DNA of 64,000 nucleotides from an uncultured Alphaproteobacteria bacterium. Its GTDB lineage: Bacteria > Pseudomonadota > Alphaproteobacteria > Methylaequorales > Methylaequoraceae. The notes under the pieces are model-generated. The model did no database searches. It was not told where the DNA came from and saw nothing but the letters and a program-made list of their open reading frames with translations. How positions within the stretch are numbered: position 1 is the first letter of the stretch; every line of letters starts with the position of its first letter. Where the stretch lies: NCBI GenBank assembly GCA_902540805.1, contig CACBON010000001.1, positions 85,777-149,776 of the forward strand, given 5' to 3'. Position numbers and translations under genes: made by a program. This document shows positions 36,549 through 45,500 of the stretch, piece after piece.

Positions 36549-36848
36549 ATGTCAAAATTCGTTGAAATTGGTGGCTTAATAAAAAAAGGTTTAGGACAAA
36601 AAGTTGTTAAAAAGTTTTCTGAAAACTCAGACGTTATTTCAGTGGGTTATGCTAATGGAAGAGCCACAGACATGTTTGACATACAGCAATTTGGTGACGC
36701 TAGTGAAGCAGATATTCTTACTCTCATCGTCAAAGAAAGAAAAGGAAATGTTATCTTTGATGAGCTTTACAAGCATTTAAAACTCAATTCTCAAAAAAAC
36801 GGCGTGATTTTCAAATCTGAAACAATTGCAAAATCTTCTGTAAAATAA
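36549..36848 (+). CDS. Second, divergent PII-like protein
   Basis: 99 aa, 2 nt after the previous gene, with an ANGRATDMF loop. The family call is tentative. Confidence 0.5.
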   Translation: MSKFVEIGGLIKKGLGQKVVKKFSENSDVISVGYANGRATDMFDIQQFGDASEADILTLIVKERKGNVIFDELYKHLKLNSQKNGVIFKSETIAKSSVK

Positions 36849-36849
36849 T

Positions 36850-38121
36850 TTATCTTTCGGATAATGCAAAGCTAGCACCAGTTATAAAAGGAGTTAGGAA
36901 ATAATCCATAAAACTTCTTTTACCAGTTATAATTCCAACCATAACTGGAACACCAGACAAAAGTCTATATTCCTCGTTTTTTCGTGCAAAAGAGTTTTCA
37001 GAAGTTTCCACCTTAACTAAATAAAAACCCTCTTCATCTTTATTAGAAATTCTGTCAGCACCTACAAAAACAACCTTCCCTTTTATTGATCTAAACCTAG
37101 AGCCTTCAGGAGTATTTAGTCTAATTTTTGCTTCAAGGTTTTTTTTTACGTAACCAATTTCTGATAAAGGTAATTTTGCCTCAATGATTAGTTTTTCGTT
37201 TTCAGGTACAATTTCAACAACAGTTACGCCAGGAGCGACTATAGCTCCTTTAGAATTTACTGACACAAGTTTTATTGTTCCAGACACAGGGCTTTTTAAA
37301 ACAGTTCTATTTAAACTATCTGAATATTTCTGAATTCTTTTATTAAGTTCTTCTTTTTCTTTTCGGTACTGTGACAACTCGATATTTAAATCTTCTATGT
37401 AATTGTTTTGCACTTTTTCTAAGTCATTCTTGCTCAAATCAATAATAGATTGTTGTTCGTCGATACTCCCTTCAACCTCCTGCCTTTCTCTTAAAATTTC
37501 TAAATGCTTTAACCTATTTGTTGCTTCAACTTCTAACAATTTTTGACTAATATCTTCTTGTTCTTTAACGATTTTTAATCTTTTTTTTAAATTTTTGAGA
37601 TTTTTATTAGCTTTATCAATACTTGCTTTCTTGGACTTTATTTCAGAGTTGATTGCTTTTCTTCTACTTTGAAAAAGTTCATTTTCAGATTTTACTAATT
37701 CCTTGTCAAATAAATTATTTATATTTTCAGGAATTTCTATTGAATTATCAGAATTTATTTCAGAATTAACTCTAAGTATTGACAGATCAATTGATTTAAG
37801 TCTTGAATTAATTTCCTCAAATTCAGAGCTTGCTTTTTCTTTTGATAAAACTACTAAAGGCTGATTTATTTCAACTTTTTCACCTTCACTAATTAGTATT
37901 TCTTCAACTATTCCACCCTCTAAATGTTGCACATACTTCATTCTTCCTTGGGGTATTATTTTTCCATCAGCTAAGCTTAATACCTCAATAATTTTTAAAT
38001 TCACTAGTAGCAAAAAAATAAGTGAAAAAAGAATTAATGATACTTTTAGTCTTTTACTAATAACGTTTTTTGGTTTTTCATCGTTTTTAAATAAATTCCA
38101 TTTTACCCATTTCTCTGTCAT
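36850..38121 (-). CDS. HlyD-family T1SS membrane-fusion protein (locus B)
   Basis: 423 aa. N-terminal TM, GKIIPQGRMKYVQHLEGGIVEEILISEGEKVEINQPLV, a long coiled coil, and a C-terminal barrel (SPVSGTI...). Confidence 0.9.
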   Translation of the reverse strand: MTEKWVKWNLFKNDEKPKNVISKRLKVSLILFSLIFLLLVNLKIIEVLSLADGKIIPQGRMKYVQHLEGGIVEEILISEGEKVEINQPLVVLSKEKASSEFEEINSRLKSIDLSILRVNSEINSDNSIEIPENINNLFDKELVKSENELFQSRRKAINSEIKSKKASIDKANKNLKNLKKRLKIVKEQEDISQKLLEVEATNRLKHLEILRERQEVEGSIDEQQSIIDLSKNDLEKVQNNYIEDLNIELSQYRKEKEELNKRIQKYSDSLNRTVLKSPVSGTIKLVSVNSKGAIVAPGVTVVEIVPENEKLIIEAKLPLSEIGYVKKNLEAKIRLNTPEGSRFRSIKGKVVFVGADRISNKDEEGFYLVKVETSENSFARKNEEYRLLSGVPVMVGIITGKRSFMDYFLTPFITGASFALSER

Positions 38122-38125
38122 TTTT

Positions 38126-39715
38126 TCACCCTAAATTAGTTTGTTTATCACTTAATTTAATAATTTCAGAATCTTCTGAAAAACAAATTACGGTTTTTCC
38201 AGCTCTTTTTAATGAGGCTATCAATTTGAGTATCATATTTTTACCTAATTTATCTAGATATAATAACGGATCATCAAAAATATAAACTTGATAAGTTTTT
38301 GAAATCGACCGTGCAATATGTATTTTTTTTAAAATCCCTTTTGAATAATTTTTATTTATAGAATCAGTTATAGTTAAATCTGATTTTTTTAACTCTTTAT
38401 CTAATCCAACATTTTGAAGCAGTCTACTTACCTCTTGTTCATTCAGATCAGGGTTGGATATTAAAATATTATTTAAAATTGATGAATTTAACACTTCAAC
38501 ATCTTCTGGTATATAAGCTACTTGATTCTTATACCATTGCAATGATAGTTTCTCCAAATTAGTTTCATCTAATAAAATATCACCAGATTCTGGATTAATT
38601 AGTCCCATAAGTAATTTTGCAATTGTGGTCTTTCCCGAGCCATTCGATCCGCTAATAACTGAAATTTCTGATGAATTAAAATTAGCAGAGAAATTTTTAA
38701 TTATATACTTATTATCATTATCAAAAGAGTAGTTTACATTTTTAAGTTTATAATTCCCTATAATTTTACTTAGTTGCATACCCTCAACTCTATTTTTAGA
38801 GTTTTTGAAAAAATCTTGGCAATCATTAAGATACATATTTGTTCTCTCAATAATAGAATATGAATTTTGTGCTGATGAAATTGAACCCAATGCTCGAGTA
38901 GCAAATATATTAAATCCTATGAGGCTTCCAATAGTAAGATTTCCGTTTACGACAAAGATACTCCCAAATCCAATAGTAATGATTGATGATAATAAAACAA
39001 AAAAACTCGTTGTGGAGATTTGTTGAGCATCAAAATTTGCGGTTGAAGAGTCAATTTTTAATTTTTTATTTAAGTAATTTTCTAGATAATATCCAGAATA
39101 TTTAAATGCTAAAGTAGATTTTAAAAGCTCTTGATTAGTTCCAATCTCTTTAATTATTAATTTATCATTCTTAGATAAATTTAATTTTTCCAGGTTTAGA
39201 TTTTTATTTTTTATTAATCTTTGTTGCAATAACAAGAAAATAATAACAAGAATTAAAAAAATTGTTGCCAATAATAGGTCCAGAAAAAAAAGAATAATAA
39301 TAATCAAAGTTGCAAAAATTGAGTCGAGAAGATTTGACTGAACTTTGGGTGATAAGAATTGAAAAAAATTATTATTGAAATCAATTATTTCAACAAAATT
39401 TCTTTTTGAGGTTTTATTTTCTCTCTCAAAAAATGTTTTGATTAGGTCTAATTTAAAAAATTTTATTGGATTTATGAGAAGTTCACATAAGATTTTACTC
39501 CTTATATTCCTAAATATATACTCGAATACTGCAACTAAAAGAGCACCTGATAATAGAAAAAACAATGTTCCCTGAAGGCCGAATGCAATATATCTATTAA
39601 AAATGTGAATAATAAAGATTGGGCTTAATAAACCCATTATAGTGATAAAAAAAGTCAATAAAAGAATAGTATTTAGGGATTTACTTTCTTTTAATATGTG
39701 AAACCAAAACTTCAT
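38126..39715 (-). CDS. T1SS-type ABC protein (TMD+NBD, no N-terminal peptidase domain) with degenerate ATPase motifs
   Basis: 529 aa. Walker A GSNGSGKTT is intact. Signature is YSKGI, Walker B is IFDDP, the Q-loop is IPED, and the H-loop position is FSED. Confidence 0.8.
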   Translation of the reverse strand: MKFWFHILKESKSLNTILLLTFFITIMGLLSPIFIIHIFNRYIAFGLQGTLFFLLSGALLVAVFEYIFRNIRSKILCELLINPIKFFKLDLIKTFFERENKTSKRNFVEIIDFNNNFFQFLSPKVQSNLLDSIFATLIIIILFFLDLLLATIFLILVIIFLLLQQRLIKNKNLNLEKLNLSKNDKLIIKEIGTNQELLKSTLAFKYSGYYLENYLNKKLKIDSSTANFDAQQISTTSFFVLLSSIITIGFGSIFVVNGNLTIGSLIGFNIFATRALGSISSAQNSYSIIERTNMYLNDCQDFFKNSKNRVEGMQLSKIIGNYKLKNVNYSFDNDNKYIIKNFSANFNSSEISVISGSNGSGKTTIAKLLMGLINPESGDILLDETNLEKLSLQWYKNQVAYIPEDVEVLNSSILNNILISNPDLNEQEVSRLLQNVGLDKELKKSDLTITDSINKNYSKGILKKIHIARSISKTYQVYIFDDPLLYLDKLGKNMILKLIASLKRAGKTVICFSEDSEIIKLSDKQTNLG

Positions 39716-39767
39716 AATGTTATTTTATAATATCACTCTCTTACCTTCAAAATAACCATATAACAAC

Positions 39768-42434
39768 TTAAACTCCAGAAATTGTTTGGAATACAAATTC
39801 GTTACCAGTTAAATTATCATTATCATAATTACTTAGTTTAGCTAATGGTTCAAGTTCGCTATCAGCTATCATCCCATGATGATTATTGGTGTCTGTCCAA
39901 AACCAAATATAAGTACTTGTTCCATCACCTACGCTTATATACATTGATTCATTTTCAAAATCATTAGTTCCACTACCACTTACACTTATTGAAAAACCAG
40001 TGAAATGATTAGCAAGAGCAGAAGAACTCTCAGCAACGGCTGTTGTTAAATCATTAGTAAAATTGAATACATAGGGTAACTCATTGGAGTTACTAGTAAT
40101 ATCATAGTTACTACCAAACTGAGACGAGTCTGTGTGTATTAAACTTCGATTATAAGCTGACGAGGGAGCTTGAGAACCTACAATCAAATCATTACCGCTA
40201 GCTCTAAAGTCAATTATTTCATCTTTTGAAGTTCCGTCTATGTGACCTGGTTCATAATAAAATTTGTCATCACCATCATTTCCATAAAGGGTATCACTAC
40301 CCAGGCCCCCAACAATTATATCATCTTGGTCCCCACCGTTAAGTTCATCATCGCCCAAACCTCCAATCAATTTGTCATTTCCATCACCTCCAAAAATAAA
40401 ATCATTACCATCATCACCTCTTAAAACATCATCACCTTGATTACCAACTAGTTTGTCAATCCCATCACCTCCATTAATTGTGTCATTATTTATCCCTCCT
40501 TCAAGTGTATCCGCTCCATCTAATCCATTTATTACAATACTTGCGGTTTCAGAGGATTTATCAATAGTGTCGTTTGAATTTGTACCATCAAAAGTATTTG
40601 TTGTTTGAGAACTTGAGATTTCTGTTGATTGATCAAAATCTTGTTTCCTGTAATCATCATAAAGTGATGGATCGTCAAAAAAATAACTTTCAAAAGACTC
40701 TGTATCAGAAAAACTATAAGGATTTTCATCCAGAACTCCAAAAATTTCGTCTCCAAAACCAGAAGCACCTTGAAGAAAGTTTTCAAATCTCCCGCTTAAC
40801 TGACTTCCAAATACATCCATTGTTGCAGATCCAAAGGCTGGTCCCATTCCAAAAACAGGTATCATTACAGAATATTGACTAGCATTGATTGGTTCAGGTC
40901 CAAGTTGTGAACCTAATATTGGCCCCCCAACTCCAGGAGAAAATGTTTGTGCAAGTGGAGGGCCTCCTAATGGCCCACTATCTAGTGCTGATTCTCGAGC
41001 CGCAGATTCATCAAAACCACCTGCCACCGCCGCTTCAGCCATTGCTTGTTCAGGAGATGCTCCAGCTGAAAGTGCCGTATCAAAGGCTTCTCGAGCAGCT
41101 TGTTCATCACCTCCAGGTTGAGCTTCTTCAGGAGGGAGAGCTACCTCTTCTTCCGCTACAACCTCCTCTTCTGCAAGTGCTTGGTTCTCTTGGCCACCCT
41201 CCTCGAACAAATCTTCTTCAGCTCTTGCTATTTCCTCCTCTGTTGATTCCTCCTCCTCCTCAGCTAATTGCTCTTCTCCTTCTAAAGAACCTTCTTCTTC
41301 CAATACTTCTTCCGAAGTTTCTTCCACCTCTTCATCAGATTCTTCTTCTGAAGCTTCTTCTTGAGATTCCTCTTGCTGTTGATCTTGTTGTGGTGAAACC
41401 TCTTGCGGTGTAGGTGCTACAGTTGGTGTAGGTGGCAAAACGTTTAAAGCTGTTCCATAATTAGCTTGAATCTGTGCAGCGCTTAAAATAATTGGTGGAG
41501 GTGGTGGCGCATTAAAACTTACTACACTTGTGGTTGCACCAATTTGTTCTAGTATTTGTGTACCGCCAGCATTACTAATAGATATTTGTCCTACTCCCCC
41601 ATCGGCATCCTGAAGTAAAGTAAATGAGTTTTCGTTTCCTTCTACCGCAGCTTTACCGGCAACTGTAGTTCCTCTAATTCCGATGGTTGCAACAGGCGTT
41701 TTTATGGTCATGGCATCTTCTCCAGTTTTTGCTATCTCTCCACTTATAAAACTGAATGCACCCTCAACCATGTCTATAGTCATATTCCCATCCCCAGTTT
41801 CAGGATTATAAACCAACTCATCTAAAAGCATCTTTCCACCTTCAGATAAAGATAACGTGGTTTTATCCAAAAATGTAAGGCCAATCGCACCAGAATTTGA
41901 AACTGTAATTGTATCTCCTTGAAATACAGGGTCACCATTTGACAAGTTAAATTCGTTGCCGTCAACTCGTTTTGCTTTGGCTACACCCGTTAAACTCGAC
42001 ACTTCTCCTATCGATAATTCACCATCAAGAGACGCTTGAACATACTGACCTTTTGCAAATAAACCAGCCAACCTATCTACTAAACCTCCATGAAAGTTTA
42101 AACCATTTTCTGTTTGGATAGATGGGAGTCGATGATTTGTAAAATAATCAAAAAAAATGAATTCTTCGCCATCAACTGATGTTGCTATTAAATCCGTTTG
42201 CGTTTTTGATAAGTTAGCTTTCGGAAACCAAGAGGGAGCTTCTTTAATTGTTGGGATTTTTAAATGATTATTGCTTTTATCTAATTCAACATTTGTATCT
42301 ATGAATTCTTGAAGATCTTTTTTAAGATCATTGATAAAAAGCTTGTCTTTTAGACCTTCAATAGATGATCGTATTGAGTCTACTTTGTCTTTTTTAATGA
42401 CATTTATTTGATTTTCATTATACACATTCCACAA
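39768..42434 (-). CDS. FecR-domain / acidic spacer / RTX-repeat large secreted protein (T1SS-B cargo 1)
   Basis: 888 aa. N-terminal FecR-like beta region (GDPVFQGDTI...LSLSEGGKM), PPPPP hinge, Glu-rich spacer, about nine GGxGxD nonapeptides (GGINNDTINGGDGIDKLVGNQGDDVLRGDDGNDFIFGG...), and a C-terminal domain shared with the neighbouring gene. Confidence 0.85.
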   Translation of the reverse strand: MWNVYNENQINVIKKDKVDSIRSSIEGLKDKLFINDLKKDLQEFIDTNVELDKSNNHLKIPTIKEAPSWFPKANLSKTQTDLIATSVDGEEFIFFDYFTNHRLPSIQTENGLNFHGGLVDRLAGLFAKGQYVQASLDGELSIGEVSSLTGVAKAKRVDGNEFNLSNGDPVFQGDTITVSNSGAIGLTFLDKTTLSLSEGGKMLLDELVYNPETGDGNMTIDMVEGAFSFISGEIAKTGEDAMTIKTPVATIGIRGTTVAGKAAVEGNENSFTLLQDADGGVGQISISNAGGTQILEQIGATTSVVSFNAPPPPPIILSAAQIQANYGTALNVLPPTPTVAPTPQEVSPQQDQQQEESQEEASEEESDEEVEETSEEVLEEEGSLEGEEQLAEEEEESTEEEIARAEEDLFEEGGQENQALAEEEVVAEEEVALPPEEAQPGGDEQAAREAFDTALSAGASPEQAMAEAAVAGGFDESAARESALDSGPLGGPPLAQTFSPGVGGPILGSQLGPEPINASQYSVMIPVFGMGPAFGSATMDVFGSQLSGRFENFLQGASGFGDEIFGVLDENPYSFSDTESFESYFFDDPSLYDDYRKQDFDQSTEISSSQTTNTFDGTNSNDTIDKSSETASIVINGLDGADTLEGGINNDTINGGDGIDKLVGNQGDDVLRGDDGNDFIFGGDGNDKLIGGLGDDELNGGDQDDIIVGGLGSDTLYGNDGDDKFYYEPGHIDGTSKDEIIDFRASGNDLIVGSQAPSSAYNRSLIHTDSSQFGSNYDITSNSNELPYVFNFTNDLTTAVAESSSALANHFTGFSISVSGSGTNDFENESMYISVGDGTSTYIWFWTDTNNHHGMIADSELEPLAKLSNYDNDNLTGNEFVFQTISGV
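40260..40530 (-). repeat. RTX (hemolysin-type Ca-binding) nonapeptide repeat block
   Basis: Encodes GLDGADTLEGGINNDTINGGDGIDKLVGNQGDDVLRGDDGNDFIFGGDGNDKLIGGLGDDELNGGDQDDIIVGGLGSDTLYGNDGDDKF. Confidence 0.85.
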
Positions 42435-42505
42435 ACCACTGTTAATGCTATGTTTACGACATAAAAGGAAATTTATTTAGTTGAAAGCTCTATTATTCAG
42501 GAACT

Positions 42506-45500
42506 TTATATTGGACCAAAAGTGAAATTTGTTGCTCCAATGTTATCATTGTCAACACCAGTTAAGGTTGCTAAACCAAAAAGTTCTCCATTGTCAATAA
42601 CACCATTTCCACCGTCTGACCATCCATAGACATGACCATTAGTACTTGTATCTCCTGTTACAAGAATAAAATCAGTTGGACTTGAAATTGCAGTTGAACC
42701 ATCCGTTGTAACTTTGAAACTTGTGAGCTGATTTTTTACCCCTGTTGTTGTATTTGCTGATGAAAATTGTGATGTAAAATTGAAAACTGATGGAAGAACA
42801 TTTGAATTTGATCCCATATTATAAGTTGTACCGTGGAGTTGTACCATATTCACAACCGAAGCATCTCTTGCGTACGCACTTGTTTGAACTGAGGTAGAGA
42901 ACTGTAAAATATCACCTCCAGCTCCAACTGTGAAGTCCGTTATTGTGTCATTTCCTTCGGTCAAATCACCAAAATAAAAAGTATCTTGCCCAGCATTACC
43001 AGTTAAAGAATCACCGCCAAGTGCTCCCCAGAAAACGTCATTACCTGATCCACCTTTAAAAATATCTGCCCCACTGTAACCCTCAAAGCGCCATGCGGAA
43101 GATTCCGCAGATTTATCAACGTTATCAACATTACTTGATCCTATAAATGTAGTCCCACTACTTCCACCTCCACTTCCAGATTCAGCAGCTTCTTCCTCTT
43201 CAACATTCTCAAAAACACTTGGATCTTCATAATAAAAACCTTCAACAGGTTCTCCACCAAAGGGATCAGGACCATATGGATCAAAGCCTGCGGGACCAAA
43301 ACCTCCAGGAACAAAGCCTGAAGGACCAAAACCTCCAGGACCAAAGCCTCCAGGACCAAAGCCTGCAGGACCAAATCCTCCAGGACCAAAACCTCCAGGA
43401 CCAAAACCATCAGGACCAAATCCACCAGTGCCTCCTGGACCAAAGCCATCAGGACCAAATCCACCAGGGCCTCCTGGACCAAAGTCTCCTGGTCCACCCG
43501 GACCAAAATCACCGGGACCACCAGGACCAAAGTCTCCGGGACCTCCACCTGGATCAAAACCTAAAGGTCCACCAGGACCTCCATGAAAACCACCTCCATC
43601 ATTACCTGAAAAACCCGAGCCAATTACGGGAGCAGTTGTAACCGGTGCAATTGGAGCAAAACCTACTTGAGCTGGGATATAAGCACCTGGCTGTTGAACA
43701 GTACCAGGTGGTTGAAAAGAACCTGGTGGAAGAAAAGTTCCAAAGGAGCCTTGATCACCGCCCGAGCCAGGATCAAAATTTCCAGGTCCTACATCTGGAC
43801 TAAAGTCTCCTGGACCACCTGGACCAAAGTCTCCTGGACCACCAGGACCAAAATCTCCTGGGGCATCAAATCCACCCGGACCACCAGGACCAAAGTCTCC
43901 TGGACCACCGGGACCAAAGTCTCCTGGACCACCAAATCCAACTGGACCACCCGGGCCAAAGTCCCCTGGACCACCAGGACCAAAGTCTCCTGGACCACCT
44001 AGACCAAAGTCTCCTGGACCACCAGGACCAAAATCTCCTGGACCACCAGGACCAAAATCTCCAGGACCGCCAGGACCAAAATCTCCAGGACCTCCAAAAC
44101 CAAAATCATCAGGGCCACCGGGACCAAAATCTCCAGGACCACCGGGACCAAAATCTCCAGGACCTCCCGGACCAAAGTCTCCTGGGCCTCCAGGACCAAG
44201 AGGACCCCCTGCGAATTCATCACCTCCAACTGTTGCTGACAAAGGATCTCCTCCGAAACCACCTGGTGGTGGTGGAATTCCAGCAGCTGCTGCTGCCTCT
44301 GCCATTGCTTCTTCAGGAGATAAACCGGCTGCCAATGCAGTTTCAAAAGCCTCTCTTGCTGCTGCGTCTTGTTCAGGTGTAGGACCATCAGGACCGAAAT
44401 CTCCAGGTGGTAAAGGTTCTCCATCAGGTCCAATCGGTGGACCATCAGCAAGTGGTTCTCCATCAGGTCCTATTGGTGGGCCTCCAGGACCAAAATCTCC
44501 AGGGGGTAAGGGTTCTCCATCAGGTCCAATCGGTGGACCGCCTTCTCCCGGTGGTAAGGGTTCTCCGTCCGGTCCAATCGGTGGGCCGTCTCCTTCGGGA
44601 GGTCCTTCTTCTGCTAGTGGTTCTCCATCAGGTCCAATTGGCGGGCCCTCTTCTCCTTCTGGAGGACCTTCTGCTTCTAGTGGATCCTCTCCTTCTTCAC
44701 CCTCTGGAAGACCTTCTCCTTCCTCTCCCTCTGGAGGACCTTCTCCCTCCTCTTGCAGTTCCTCGTCAATAGCCTCCTCTTCTACTGCCTCTTCTTCCCC
44801 TTGAGACTCCTCTTCTTGAACTTGCTCCTGCTGTTGTTCTTGAGGCGGTGGAGGTGGTTGTGGTGTTGGAGCAACCACAGGAGTTGGTGGTAAAACATTT
44901 AAAGCTGTACCATAATTTGCTTGAATTTGTGCTGCACTTAAAATAATTGGTGGTGGAGGTGGGGCTGTAAAACTCGTTATACTCGTGGTCGCACCGACTT
45001 GTGCTAGAACTTGAGTTCCCCCAGCATTACTCACAGATATTTGTCCTACTCCTCCATCAGCATCTTGAAGAAGTGTAAAGGAGTTTTCATTGCCTTCAAC
45101 TGCAGCTTTACCTGCAACCGTAGTTCCTCTTATCCCAATAGTTGCGACAGGTGTCGAAACTTTCATGGCATCAGGTCCAGTTTTAGCAATTTCGCCACTC
45201 ACAAAGCTAAAAGCTCCTTCAACCATATCAACGGCCATACTTCCAGTTCCAGTTGCAGGGTCATAAACAAGTTCATCTAAAACCATTTTTCCACCCTCTG
45301 ATAATGAGAGAGTTGTTTTATCAAGAAATACTAATCCAATCGCTCCTGACCCAGTAGTTTCTACAGTATCACCCTGAAAAACTGGATCTCCGGTTGCAAG
45401 ATTTACAGTTGTTCCGTCCAAACGAGTTGCTTTAGCCTCTCCTGTAACACTGGAAACTTCTCCAATCGAAAGTGCGTTTGCATTATTGGCTTGCACGTAT

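Noticed and set aside
43280-44650. Regularly spaced short repeats that might be mistaken for a CRISPR array.
   Set aside because: The periods are 15/24/33 bp with no unique spacers, the repeats lie entirely within a long ORF, they are in frame, and no cas genes are present. They are coding tandem repeats.
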